A stretch of DNA of 64,000 bases from the human T2T-CHM13v2.0 reference genome, Homo sapiens. The notes beneath the pieces are model-generated. The model was not told the DNA's origin, did no database searches, and was given only the letters and a program-made list of their open reading frames with translations. Shown here in pieces: positions 1 to 12,789 of the stretch; the first letter of the stretch is position 1; the number at the start of each line of letters is the position of its first letter. The DNA is taken from NCBI RefSeq assembly GCF_009914755.1, contig NC_060936.1; one strand, given 5' to 3'. Both the position numbers and the translations under genes were made by a program.

Positions 1-81
1 CAACCTTGGAATCCAGACTCATGAGAACCGTCTCTTATTCCCTCCTCTACCCTCTAGGATTCCTTCCTCCTTTCCTATTCC

Positions 82-535
82 TTTTTTTTTTTTTTTTTTT
101 TAAATATTAGACACAGGGTCTCACTCTGTCACCTGGCTGGAATGCAGTGGGGCAATCATAGCTTACTGCAGCTTCCAACTCCTGAGCTTAAGCTATCCTC
201 CTACTTTATCCTCCTGTGTAACCGCAACTACAGGCATGTGCCACCGTGCACGGCTAATTTTATTAGCCTGTGTAAAAGCTGCAGAATTGCAGGTGCTTCC
301 TGCTGACCATGACATTTCTTATTAGCCGTGCATGGTGACACATGCCTACAGCGGCACTTTTCATGTTTAATTCCTCACTTATCAAGCTCCATCTGCTGGA
401 GCTATGAACCCAGCCAATGAGAGGTCATGCTATGTTGCCCAGGCTGGTCTCAAACTCCTGGGCTCAACCAATTCTCCCACCTCGGCCTCCCAAAGTGCTG
501 GAATTACAGGAGTGAGTCATCATCATGCCCAGACC
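82..535 (-). mobile_element. AluJ-type SINE interrupted by a ~160-bp templated insertion (261-423)
   Basis: Poly-T at 82-101, antisense right monomer (cagggtctcactctgtc...ggctaatttt), resumes at ~424 (gctatgttgcccaggctggtctcaaactcctgggctcaa...cccaaagtgctgg). Confidence 0.9.
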
Positions 536-760
536 CCCATTCCCATTCTTGAGCCCTTGAAGAAGGCTCAGTCAGGGGCTCCCCAGGAAGCAGCATTCTC
601 TTTTCTCAGGAGCCCAACCCAAGATGGCCACTACCTGCCTGGAGATTACTCAGATGAGACTCATGCCTTAACCTTTGCTCTGAGGTCTTGGTCAGCAGGA
701 AGTACCTGCAATTCTGCAGCTTTTATACAGGCTTATTATCTCTTGTTGGCAGGATTCACC

Positions 761-780
761 GCTCCAGCAGATGGAGCTTG
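761..780 (+). promoter_or_regulatory. CTCF-like motif (CCAGCAGATGGAGC); inverted copy at ~384-402
   Basis: Resembles CTCF core CCASYAGRKGGCRS with GGAG in place of GGCG; motif only, no binding data. Confidence 0.3.
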
Positions 781-929
781 ATAAGTGAGGAATTAGATAT
801 GGAAAGCCCCACTTGGCTGGGGGAACAGAAGGAGGAGCCGACTGCCTTTGCTCCCACCTGTCCGCTGTGCCTCTGTTTCTCAACGCTATATCTTCATTTT
901 TCCACATCAGATATGATTGTGAAAATTCA

Positions 930-1450
930 AATATAAAGAAAATAAAAATGTCCACATAATCCCTTCTCCCATCCATATCCACAGTTACCAGTTTGATGTA
1001 TTCGTCCAGCCTTTTAAAGACATTTTTAGATAAACTAGATTATACTACACATATTATTTTGTTAACTAAATTTTTCACTTGCATATAAAACAGGCATGTC
1101 TCCATAGCAATATAAAAATATTGACATCATTTTTTGAACAGTCACCCATTTATTCTATTGTTTGGATATACCATAATTTATTTACCCCATTTCCAGTAAC
1201 AGACATTAAGGTTGCCTTCAGTTTTTCAGTATTATAAACAACACAGCAGTGGACATCTTTGCCCATACATCTTTGCACCCCTATCCTCAGTTTTATTTCT
1301 TTGTTTTTGTTTTGGAGTCCATTCCTGGAAGCCATGACTGCAAGGTCAAATGGGGCTCACATGTTTAATTAAGGCTTTCCTCTAAATCTAATTCTCAATT
1401 TTTTTGTCCCACCAGCAGTATGTAAAAATGCCAGTTATTCCACATCATTG
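930..1450 (-). mobile_element. Old L1ME-type 3' fragment
   Basis: Antisense L1M 3'UTR-like text (tattctattgtttggatataccataatttattta...gacattaaggttgccttcagttttt). Confidence 0.6.
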
Positions 1451-1489
1451 GCCTTTATATAAGGATGCAGCACTGAGGGTTTTATTTTT

Positions 1490-2170
1490 ACCTTTTTAGT
1501 CTTAAATAAAAAGTTGTACAAAAAACAGTACAGAAAGTTCCAGTATACTCTTCATCCACCTTCCCCTCGTGTTGACATCTTATATAACCACAGCATGATT
1601 ATGAAAACCAGGAAATTAACAGCGGTACAGGACTATCAATTAATCTACACAGTGTATTTGGATTTTACCCATTTTTTACTAATTTTTTTCTCTATTCCGG
1701 GATCCAATTCAGAATCCCATCTGACATTTAGTTAACGTGTTTCCTTAATCCCTTCCAATACGTAACAATTGCACTTTCTTTCTTTGCCTTTTTATGGCAC
1801 TTTAAAAGAGGACTGCCCAGTTATGTGGCAGAATGGTCCTCAATTTGGATTTGTTGACTTTTCTTATGATTGGATTGGGGTCATGCATCGTGGACAAGAA
1901 CATGACAGAAACGACATTGTGTCCTTCTCAGTGCATTGTGTCCAGAAGCTCAAGATGTTACAATGTCTAATTACTGGTGATGCTAACTTTGGTTACTTAG
2001 TGTCATTTGCCAGGTTTCTCCACTGTAAATTACTATTTATGCTTTTGTACTTAATACATGTCTTGGGGGAAGGTAGTATAGTCGGGATCATGCAAATATC
2101 CTATTTCTCCTTCAACTTTGGCCCACTTGTCTCAGTATCCATCCACAGATCTTGTCAAATGCAGCATCTT
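1490..2170 (-). mobile_element. L1MB/L1MC-type 3' fragment
   Basis: aaagttgtacaaaaaacagtacagaaagttcc...catcttatataaccacag...aaaaccaggaaattaac resembles L1MC-family 3' end. Confidence 0.65.
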
Positions 2171-2189
2171 TTAAAAGTTGGACAAATAA

Positions 2190-2247
2190 ATTTTTTTAAG
2201 TTATACTTTAAGTTTTAGGGTACGTGTGCACAACATACAGGTTACAT
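2190..2247 (-). mobile_element. Very short L1PA 3' tip
   Basis: ttatactttaagttttagggtacgtgtgcacaacatacaggttacata is the antisense primate L1 terminal sequence. Confidence 0.75.
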
Positions 2248-2486
2248 AATATTTTTAAAAAGTGGATAAAACATGCCAGATTAAACTAAGCAGTAGACAG
2301 TAAGTAGATTAATTTACTAGCAGACTAGGCACGAGCATGGACACTCACCCTAGAAGACATTATTTCCTTTATGGTGAGCACTGCAATGACCCACCCCAGC
2401 TGGGAGGTTACCCATTATGGGGCCAGTAACATGGCAGTCTAGCAGGAATACATGGGAAAGGGCTGGCAAGCCGAAGCACTCACCAT

Positions 2487-2655
2487 CTTTCTTTTTCTTT
2501 CCTTTTTCTTTTTCCCTCTTTTTCTTTTTCTTATCTGTTTCCTTTTCCTTTCACTTTCATTCTTTTCCTTTTTTTCTTTCCTTCTTTTTCATTTCCTTTT
2601 TGCCTTCCCTTCCTCCCTCCTCCTTATCCTTCCTTCTTTCCTTTTTTTCTTCTTT
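2487..2655. repeat. CT-rich low-complexity tract
   Basis: Nearly pure pyrimidine run. Confidence 0.85.
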
Positions 2656-2739
2656 GTTTTATGTGTTTTTCAACATTTACTGCACACCTCTTTTGTACCA
2701 AACCCATATTAAGCATCAAATAAAGCATGGTCTCAACCC

Positions 2740-3039
2740 ACTATGCATGGTGGCTCACACCTGTAGTCCCAGCAATTTGGGGGGCTGAAGCAGGAGGATC
2801 ACTTGAGCCCAGAAGTTCGAGACCAACTTGGGCAATATAGCAAGACCCTGTCTCTACAACAATAAAAATTTAAAAAGTAGCCAGGCATGGTGGTGCACAC
2901 CTATAGTCCTAGCTACTTGGGAGACTGAGGCCAAAAGATCACTTGCGCCCAGGAGTTCAAAGTTGCAGTGAGCTATGATTGTCCCACTGCACTCCAGCCT
3001 GGGAAACAAAGCACGATTTTGACTCTACAAAAAAGAAAA
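2740..3039 (+). mobile_element. AluJ
   Basis: Dimeric Alu with J-type features (gcaggaggatcacttgagccc; gagctatgattg). Confidence 0.9.
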
Positions 3040-3271
3040 TGGTCACAATATATTTCACCAAGGATAGAAAAGGAATACTAATAGAGCATGCAATGACATG
3101 ACAGCAGGAAAATTACAGCTGGGAGGATCTGTGAGCATGGAGCACTTCCTGTTTATGCTGGAGCCCCAATAACTGTTACCTGTACATTTTGATGGTATAT
3201 CCAATCAGTGAAATAGTTTTACTATGCACCCATACTACACATATGCTTAGTTTATAAATGATATATTTGTG

Positions 3272-3593
3272 CAAACCCACAATCCTTTATTCAAAACTCT
3301 TGGGTCCAGAGGTGCTTCAGAAATGAGAATTGTTTTGGATTTTAGGAAGAGAAGCTGGTGTGTATATTGAATATTAGTTAACATCCCCATGGAGATATGG
3401 GTTAGCACTCTAAACACACACAGAGAAAGAGACAAATATGATCAGTTACTCTAAAGAGAATAAATACTCTCAATGTCCTCATATCTATTCAGATCAGGTA
3501 TTGCCAAATAAGTGTATCTCAAACTTATCACAAAAACTTAATTTTCAGCGGTTTATAGATTTTAGGTTTACAGACAATGGATTGTGGACCTGT
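3272..3593. mobile_element. TcMar-Tigger-type non-autonomous DNA transposon
   Basis: Terminal inverted repeats ccacaatcc (left) / ggattgtggacctg (right); internal cttgggtccagaggtgcttcagaa...ttttggattttagg resembles MER46/Tigger MITEs. Confidence 0.55.
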
Positions 3594-3594
3594 G

Positions 3595-3760
3595 CTTCTA
3601 TTATTGGTTAATGTCCCAAAGTATGCTATGTACTGTAGGTAAGATTTATCTTTAGGAATTGTGGCTATAAACCCATATTTCAAATGGTCTTCTTGATAAT
3701 TTTTAAGATTTTGTCCAGGCCTTAAACTAGGCATTAGAGACATGTCAGTTCTGCCATGTT
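3595..3760 (-). mobile_element. hAT-Charlie/Buster-like transposase fossil fragment
   Basis: Minus-strand peptide KNYQEDHLKYGF resembles the RKY.E.YLKFGF motif preceding the BED finger of Charlie/Buster transposases; Cys ligands not retained. Confidence 0.4.
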
Positions 3761-4059
3761 ATTTGTTTGCATTTATGTATCGTCCTGGTTTTACTTCTTC
3801 TTTGTTTGTAAGTACTTTCTTGTTTGCAATAGTATCTTTTTAAACGACTTTCAATACTCAGTTATTTTACAGGCATCTTTTCTAAGTTATGATGCCATAG
3901 GTTGTTTAGCTGTGGGCACTAAATGCATATCAGCACCCATCAGCTGACATTAGCTCCAGAGGTGACAACCAGCTGAGGAAACACTTTAGAGATGTGATCC
4001 CCCTCCCCAACTCTCCTTCCCAAACCAGGCAAGTAGGCAGAGCTTGCAAGGAGGGGGCT

Positions 4060-4260
4060 CAGCAGGCTCATGTTCAAATCCTGGCTCCACTGCTTGTTAG
4101 CAATGTGATCTTGGGTGACTTACTTCACCCCCTGTGCCTCAGTTTTACCATCTGTAAAACGGGGATAGCAGGAGTACCTACCTCAGAGGGTTGTTGCTAG
4201 GACTCAGTGAGACCGTGGCCAGAACACCTGGCAGAGAGTAAGTGCTCAATGCACAACAGC
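4060..4260 (+). mobile_element. MIR
   Basis: Core tgtgatcttgggtgacttacttcacc...ctcagttttaccatctgtaaaacgggg. Confidence 0.85.
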
Positions 4261-4539
4261 AGACTCTACTATTGTCATGCACTTTATCCAGTTGTTTCTG
4301 ACTGCTTTTGAGGAATGCTTCCTCCACTTTTAGTGTCTTCTTAAGTCACGTTAAGGGCTACCCAGCAAAACCCACTTGATTTAGAGAAGAGCAAACTGAA
4401 GTTCCAAGAAGGTGAGTCATTATGGGGAGATGGCAGAAGGGGAAGGTGATGGTTTCCATGCCATTACCTTTTCCACTGATGAATTCTGAATACCAGCAAA
4501 ATTCAATCAGAACACTTCATAGATTCTACTCTCCATCTG

Positions 4540-4900
4540 CCTTAGTCAGAACTGTTTTTGTGGAAGTAACAGAAGTCCAACTCAAACTGGCTTAAGCAAA
4601 AAAAGCAGAACCTATTAGCTCAATTACCTGAAAAGTCTAGGAGCAGACAGGATTCAGGCATGGCTGGATCCAGGGGCTCAAGTGAAATCATTAGATTATG
4701 ATACCTCCTCCACTGCCCCCTTATCTTGGAGTCCTATTTTTATTCATCCTCAAGAAAATTCTCTCTGCAGCTCTTATAGTAGCTCTAGCCTTATGTCCTC
4801 TCAGATCCAACTCTTCTAAACAGAGAGCACTTCTTTGCCAACAGTTCCACAGGTCCTAGGATGCAATCTCAGTAGACTGGGATGTTAAGTTATGACTGGC
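4540..4900 (-). mobile_element. Old MaLR LTR (MLT1K/L-like)
   Basis: aacagaagtccaactcaaactggcttaagcaaaa...ttcaggcatggctggatccaggggctcaa. Confidence 0.6.
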
Positions 4901-5639
4901 CCTATAAAGCAGGCCTCACAGCAAAGATGTAGATAAGGAGACATGACCCCAGTGCTGTGTTCAAGGCCTAGAATGTCAGGGCTTGTGGATGTGGCTTCTG
5001 AGTTACAGAATTACTGCCTTATGTGTAATAAATCCTGATCCTGACTGCTGACTTGGTAGACTATAAAAGACAGCAAGTCTGTTCTTCTCAACTTTGACAC
5101 GGCAAACATCTCAGTCTACTGAGGCCACCAAATGGCCACATGTGCCTCAATGAGATGATGAGGAGGAAGTGGGATCCACCTGCAGGCTTCACCACCTCCA
5201 GGTTTTCCTCTTTATCCCTTTATATTGCTTATTAGCTGCTTTAGTTGTGAAACAAAAAGCAAAAGCCACTAAAGTTCAAAGGATTTACTCTTGTCCATCT
5301 TCAAACCTGAACTAGACCCTGGACTAAACCTAGGTCTGAACTCACTGGGGTTGGGTCGCATGCTCTTCTCTGAACCAATCACTAAGGGATGGAGTGCTCT
5401 GATTGGTCATGTGCTAGTCCCTGGAGTACAGAAGTGGTATGTATCCTACCTGAACCCCCAGACCTAAGACTTAGGTTTTCCTTAAAAAAAAAAATAATAA
5501 AAATAACATGATAGATGCTGGAACCAAAAAAGAACAGGTTCCAGTGTTCCATCTCTGCCAAAGGCATCAATTATTTCCAAGTATCTCAGTCCCCAACTCC
5601 ATAACCAAGGAGTGGCTGCTGTCTCAAAAAGGACAGAGT

Positions 5640-6045
5640 CGCAGCCACAAAAAAAGAACAAAATCATGTCCTTTGCAGGAACGTGGATGCAGCTGGAGGT
5701 CATTATCCTAAGTGAATTAATACAGAGACAGAAAACCAAATACCACATGTTCTTACTTATGGGTGGGAGCTGAACATTGAATACTCATGGACATAAAGAT
5801 GGCAGCAATAGACACTCGGGACTACCGGGAGAAGGAGATGGGACAAAGGCTGAAAAACTGTTGGGTACTATGTTCCCTACCTGGGTGATGGGGTCATTCA
5901 TACCCCAAATGTCAGCATCATGCAATACACCCATGAAACAAATCTGCACATGTATCCTTTGAATCTAAAATGTCGGAATTATTTTTTAAAAGAATAAATC
6001 TTTTTTGAATCTAAAATAAATGTTGAAGTTATTTTTCAAAAAAAT
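5640..6045 (+). mobile_element. L1PB/late-L1PA 3' end, with a short tandem duplication of its terminus
   Basis: aaatcatgtcctttgcagg...tggatgcagctggagg...aatctgcacatgtatcctttgaatctaaaa; tttgaatctaaaat occurs twice (~5958, ~6004). Confidence 0.85.
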
Positions 6046-6049
6046 AGTG

Positions 6050-7150
6050 TTAGTTGTAGGTGTCCATTAACAGGTTGAGGTAGTTATATCTATTCCTAGT
6101 TTGCTGACAGTTTTTTTAATCATAAATGAATGTTAAATTGTAAGTTATTTTTTGCATCTTGTTGGCATTCTAATTTTTCTCTTTCGTTTCTTTCATGCTT
6201 TCATGTGGTGAATGACACTGATATATGTTTTCAATATTAAGCTGCCCTTGCATTATTGGGATAAACTGTCTTTGGCCATAATGTATTATTCTTTTTATCT
6301 ATTACTGGGCTTGACTTGCTAATAACTGTTAAGAATTTTAGTGTCTGTTTTCACATAGAATTATAACATAGTTTTTTCTTGTAATTATTTTCTGATGTCA
6401 GAATAATGTTGGCCTCCTGGGAAGTATTAGAGAGTGTTCCCATCTTTCAAATTTCTGAAAGAATTTGTAGTACTTATTCCTTAGATGTTTGACAAAGTTC
6501 ACCAATGAAGCCATTTTGGACGTGGAATTTTCTGTTTGGGAGAAATTTTAATTATAAATTCAATTATAGAGGGCTCAGCCATGTTCTATATTTTTCTTAA
6601 ATTTGTTTGTTAATATGTATCTTTCAAGGAGTTTGTCCTTGTAAGGTTGTAAGCTGTCTCAACACAAAATGTTTCAGATATTTCCTTGTTATCATTTTAA
6701 AAGAAACTATAGTGATATCTCCCCTTCATTAATAATTTTCCCCCATTTTCATTGATTAATTTACCTAGAGATATATGAATTTTATTGTTCATTACAGAAA
6801 ATTTATTTTTCTCCGTTGTTTTTCTGGTGTTTAAAAATAATTTCATTGATTTCTGCTGTCTGTTATTATTTCCTTTATTCTATATATTTTGGGTTTAATT
6901 TATTCTTTTTTAAATTTAGGATGGGCCTATCTTCTTTCCTAACTGAAATATTTAATGCTATTAATTTCCCCATAACCATTTCTTTAGCTGTATCCCACAT
7001 GTTTCGAGATACTGTGTTCTCATTTTCATTCAGTTCAAATATTTTCTAATTTCTTTTGGGATTTCTTCGATTCATGTGTTATTAGTATGTTATTTCCAAA
7101 TTTAAAATAAATTTTAGGTATCATTTGTGATTGATTTCCATTAAACCCAC
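6050..7150 (-). mobile_element. Old L1M ORF2 fragment
   Basis: T-rich antisense L1 ORF2-like text (tctattcctagtttgctga, ttcaccaatgaagccat, tttagctgtatcccaca). Confidence 0.7.
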
Positions 7151-8064
7151 TCTTACCAAAAGGGAAAGAAAAGGACAGTAATTTTATCATCATCAAGTCC
7201 ATCACCATTACCAGTGCTTGACTTGTGACAGCATTCAGCTGGGTTGTTCAGAAACAGACTTACTAGACAGGATCCTGGCATCCAGGAGATCTGGACTGAA
7301 GACAACTATGCCTAATCAACTCTGATCACTTGGTGATGCTCTATAGTGCTGTATCCAGATTGAAGCTCAGTGCGGAAGAGTGCAACAATTGATTAGTAAT
7401 GTCTGCCCTGGGCACAGGCAAGAGGAATATGGCCGTGTTTGTGGTGTATTTACTATCAACAGTTATCTCAACACCTTCCTACTCTACATACCAAAATCCA
7501 GGTCAAGGCAATAAATATTTGAATACCCATTGTGAATCACTGTGGGATGGGGGACGAGGAGCCATACAAAATGAAGTAGATACAAGATTTGTTCTATTCC
7601 AGAGCTTACTTTTAACTGAGAAGACCACGTATTCAGGAAAGCATCTGGATGTAGGAGTCTTGGCCTCAAACATTCCCAATGACTCTTGCCTACTTCCTCC
7701 ATGTTTAATTGTCTCCAGCTCCCAGGAACATCTTGAGCCTTGCCTTGGGCCTATCTCTGTTCTTGCCTGTGGATTGGGGGTACTCTTTATAAGGTATTAA
7801 GGACAGATAAGCCCCAAGTAGAGTCTCTCTTTTGATGTAATCAGAAAACTTGAAAGAACACTGACAAAGAGAAAGGACATTGTGTGTCCAGAAGTCAGTT
7901 CCCTCTTATGTCTGAATCTTCAGAACAGGCACATTCTCTGCCTCCTCTTGTTTTTGGAAATCCCCAGGACAGAAGCCACTCAAGGAGAGGGTCTCATGGA
8001 TGATACAAACAGATGTACACATGTAGAGGAGAGTCTGCTTTGGCCGCCCTTATACAGCCTGACC

Positions 8065-8190
8065 ATGTACACAAGTCACTTGGGACGGTGTTAAAATGTG
8101 GAGTCTAATTCACCAGGTCTGGGATGGAGCCTGAGGTTCTGCATCTCTAACAAGCTTCCAGGGGGTGCTGGTGTACGGACCTCACTTTGG
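8065..8190. mobile_element. MER5A (hAT-Charlie)
   Basis: ggtctgggatggagcctgaggttctgcatctctaacaagcttccag. Confidence 0.7.
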
Positions 8191-9185
8191 GGATCAAGGG
8201 GCTCTGTCACCAATGATAGAATGCACGGTGCAGACTAGGTGCTGCAGGAAGACAGAGACTGGGACTTGGGAGAAGGGAGGGGGCGCTGCATAGCACAAGA
8301 GGGCACAGTGAAGGAAAGGGCAGGAAGGGAAGGGAGAAGCTTTCTGAGCATCTGTTTGGAAGTGCCAGCCTACAGCCCAGCACATGCCATAAAAAATAAA
8401 TAAAATAGAAAGTTCCTTTCTTCCTTCCCTCCTCCTTAATCCTCGTGACCTCAAGGAGTAAGTGGAATAACTGTTTCCACCCTCCTGCCACCCAACACAC
8501 ATTTCACATAGGGAAACAGACTCAGAGGGACGGGTAAAGAGTCAAGCCTGGAATGGCAGAAGCCAGCTCCTGCCTGCCTATTTCCACTCCTTAGAGCTTG
8601 CAACCTGGAACCTGAAAAGAGCCTGCAGGGGATGTGTTGATGTTTGCAAAACCGGCATAAGGGCCTTTGTCCAAAGGCCTCCAGTTTCCCAAATAATGAG
8701 GCCAGTTGGAAGCTGTTAACACAGATGGGAACCAGCCAGCAGCAGGTGAACAGCCACTCAACCTATCAGCACTGCTTTAACCTATAACATGCTCCTGGCT
8801 TCTGCACCCCCATTTCAGGGGGCCTGAGCCCCAGGTGCACCTGCCAGCTAAGGAATGGTGTCCAGGCAAGAAGTGTGGGTCTCCACCACTATGAATTGGT
8901 TTCCACATTCTCCCATTTCCAGGAGCCCCTTGGGAGAACAGTTTCTCTGGGTTAATATATAGTGCTAATGATGGGTAGCTGGCGGGAAAGAGTAAGGTCT
9001 ACTTGATCCAGGGCTTGGAATGAAGCCAGGATCTCTCTGGCTGTAGATTCTCTCTCTCCTTCCAGGTTAGTGTGCAGTGTGGGGAGATTAAGATGTATAG
9101 TCTGCAAATGAACTAACCTTTTCCAGGCCTCTTTAATGAGGCTTCCTATAATAGGGCCATTTCTCTTTCGTATGTATGTGTATAT

Positions 9186-9188
<3 letters not shown>

Positions 9189-9227
<39 letters not shown>
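9189..9227. repeat. (CA)n microsatellite
   Basis: About 19 CA units. Confidence 0.95.
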
Positions 9228-9229
<2 letters not shown>

Positions 9230-9610
9230 CTTAACATAATCCATATGGAAATAAAAATCTCTCTGTTGCTCTATATTTTTAAGTGGACCCTATAACAGGT
9301 AAAACTTTTTTCTCCAAATGAAAATCCACGGTTCAACAACATGCATTTCCAGCAAATCAAAAAGGTAGTTCCAGCCAGCTGGCTAGGCTCCCTCTTAAAA
9401 CTCAAGGGTAAGGGCAGCAAGTAACCAAATGGACCAACAGTTCTTCTACGGCATAATGGCAACCCAGCACAAGGCAAAGTCAAGTCCTCACAAAACATCA
9501 ATTCTGGGACTCTCTCTGGACAAACGAACATGAGCAGCCTCAAACCCGAGATCCTTGTAGATAGGGAATATGAATTCTATGTCATTTAGACTTTCACCTA
9601 CCTAAAGGGA

Positions 9611-9983
9611 TGTATAAGAATGTTTTCATACTGCTTTAAAGAACTGCCTGAGATGGGGTAATTTATAAAGGAAAGAGGTTGAATTGACTCACGGTTCAGC
9701 CTGGCTGGGGAGGCCTCAGGAAACTTACAATCATAACAAAAAATGAAGGGGAAGCAAAGCACCTTCTTCACAAGACAGCAGAGAGCAGTGCTGCGTGAAG
9801 AGGAAGAGCCCCTTATAAACCATCAGATCTCGTGAGAACTCACTCACTATCAAGAGAACAGCATGGGGGAAACCGCCCTCATGATTCAATTGCCTCCACC
9901 TGGTCTCTCCCTTGACACATGGGGATGATGGGGATTATAATTCAAGATGAGATTTAGGTGGAGACCCAAAACCTAACCATATC
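9611..9983 (-). mobile_element. THE1-type (THE1C/D-like) solo LTR
   Basis: ggtaatttataaaggaaagagg...ggggaggcctcaggaaacttacaatcat...attcaagatgagattt...aaccatatc. Confidence 0.85.
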
Positions 9984-10269
9984 CGGGAGAGAATTCTAGC
10001 TTCCGATAACATTAAGCATCTTCTAACTTTAAAATGTACAGGGGGAAAAGGCAGATTCTCAAACCATCCTTCTAATGCTTGATTTCTCAACAGCCATCAC
10101 AATAATCTATGTCAGGGCTGCGAACAGGAACCCCCTGAGGATGTCAGCTATTTCAACTTCATCCAGGATCTGAGACCCTTCTGACTTTAACCCTCCTAAA
10201 GAGCAGGGACATTCTCAGGCCTGTCTCAGAGCATCTGAACTCAAGACATCAAGCGATGAGCAGTTGCTG

Positions 10270-11250
10270 AAAATTGAATTTTCTGACCGCAAGGTAATAA
10301 AACTAGAAATTACTTTTTAAAAAGTATTTTGAAAAACCTCGACCACTTAGAAATTGAAAGGCACTCTCCCAAATAATTTGAGACAAAGGGAAAGTCAAAC
10401 CCAACAATTACAACAAAGAAAATAACAATAATAAGAATACTGCATACTTTTTAAATCGCAGGGTACGTGCCCAAAGCTGTAATTAGAAGCAAAAGTCATA
10501 GTATTAAATGGTACTATTATTATATTTAAAAGAATAAATAAAAGTAACTCAGGAAGTTAGAAAAGAATAACACAAAGCAAAGTTAAAAGGGTTATTAACA
10601 AAGGGAAAAGGAGAAATCATAAATTTGCATTATAAAAATTCAAAACGAAGATACAGACAAAGATCCAAGAGATTTAATCAAAAAAAAAAATAAGCAAGAT
10701 ACACATAATTAGGAGGAAGAGAGTTGGTGAAATAACCACTAGGATGGAAAAGATTAAAAAATAGCAAAGCCTCTTGATCATGTGCAAAAATCTATGTTAA
10801 AAAGTTTGCTGCATCCAGAAGGTTAACATTTTAATTATAAAAATAGTTCTCCCTATTTCTAGATAAAGCATACTAGTAATAAATTGGAAAAACAACGTTT
10901 CCATGATAGAAAAATGTGAAAAAGACATGAATAGGCAATTCAGAATAGAATAAAAACATACAGGTAATTAACATTTAAGAAAATGCCCAACCACATGATA
11001 AATCAAGGAAATAAAAGTAGAAAAAACTGTGATGTTATTTTTCCCCCTAACAATCAAATTAGCAAAGTTTTGGCTCTGTGGTGGTTCTTGCTTTGAGTGA
11101 CTACATCCAGAAAGAATAGAGATGAGGTGAATTATTATAGATGCTCTCATACATGAGTGAGAGGAACATAAGTTGGCAAATTAATTTATCCCTTCTGAAA
11201 AATGTTGTGTAAGCATCTCAGGTGAATGTCTAGCAACTTCCCTTGAAGGG
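10270..11250 (+). mobile_element. Degraded old L1M fragment
   Basis: A-rich sense L1-like text (aaagacatgaataggcaattc, aatcaaggaaat, aaattagcaaag). Confidence 0.55.
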
Positions 11251-11324
11251 AGATACTCGATAAACACTATGAAGCAGGACCTGATTTCTACAGATTTGAG
11301 AGTTCCAAGCTACCAAGAGAGTCA

Positions 11325-11570
<246 letters not shown>

Positions 11571-11871
11571 AGGTCTTTAGAAAGATAATTAAGTTAGAGT
11601 GAGATCATTAGGGTGGGCCCTAATCCAATGCAACTGGTGTCCTTACAAGAAGAGAAAATTTGGACATAGACAGGTACAGAGGAAAGGCCTTGGGAACACA
11701 CAGGGCGAAGGTGGCCACCTGCAGGCCAAGGAGAGAGGCCTTAGAAGAAATCAACCCTGCCGCAGTTTGATCCTGGACTTCCAACCTCCAGAACTGGGAG
11801 AAACATCATTCCTGTTGTTTAAGCCATCTAGTCTGTAGTACCTTATAATGGCAGCTCCGGCAAACAAACAC
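11571..11871 (+). mobile_element. MLT1A/B LTR, 3' portion
   Basis: agggtgggccctaatccaat...ggtgtccttacaagaagag...ctccagaactgggagaa...tttaagcca. Confidence 0.85.
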
Positions 11872-12276
11872 TCTAGGTGTGTTGATAATTTGTTAGATTA
11901 AAAAAAGCCAAGTTATAAAAGAGGACTTAAGATATAAGATTTGTGTAATTAAATCATACATCCAATGTGTATGTGCATGTGTGCGTGAAAGTGTATTCCC
12001 ACAGAGGATAATGTTTGGAATGTTATAGACCAAAATGTTCAGAGCGGCCTTTCTCTGGACTGGGGGGATTACAGGTGATTTGAGGGAGTAAGGTTGTAGT
12101 TTGTGTTCTTTCTAATCAACACTACTTGATCAGTGACCATATATTTACTGTGATATTCAAAAATATTTATTTTTTTTTATGTTTCTTTCTATTCTTTATT
12201 AATGTCATGAAGTAAATCACTAGTGGATGATGTCTTTTAACTTTGTTTTCCTAGTTACCTCTTTTGTGTTGTTATT

Positions 12277-12760
12277 TTGTCTTTTTTTTCTTTTTCTTTT
12301 ATTTTTTATTATTATACTTTAAGTTCTAGGGTACATGTGCACAACGTGCAGGTTTGTTACATATGTATACATGTGCCATGTTGGTGTGCTGCACCCATTA
12401 ACTCATCATTTACGTTAGGTATATCTCCTAATGTCATCCCTCCCCGCTCCCCCAACCCCACGACAGCCCCCGGTGTGTGATGTTCCCCTTCCTGTGTCCA
12501 AGTGTTCTCATTGTTCATTTCCCACCTATGAGTGAGAACATGTGGTGTTTGGTTTTTTTTGTCCTTGCGACAGTTTGCTGAGAATGATGGTTTCCAGCTT
12601 TATCCATCTCCCTACAAAGGACATGAACTCATCCTTTTTTATGGCTGCATACTATTCCAAGGTGTATATGTGCCACATTTTCTTAATCTAGTCTATCATT
12701 GATGGACATTTGGGTTGGTTCCAAGTCTTTGCTACTGTGAATATTGTTGCAATAAACATA
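12277..12760 (-). mobile_element. L1PA4-like 3' end
   Basis: ttattattatactttaagttctagggtacatgtgcacaacgtgcagg...cccacctatgagtgagaacatg. Confidence 0.9.
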
Positions 12761-12789
12761 TTTAAAATTGCATGTACATATCTAATAAT

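Noticed and set aside
7603-7793. Possible exon (ttctattccag| ... aag|gtatta)
   Set aside because: Donor is weak, such site pairs occur often by chance, and there is no supporting coding signal.
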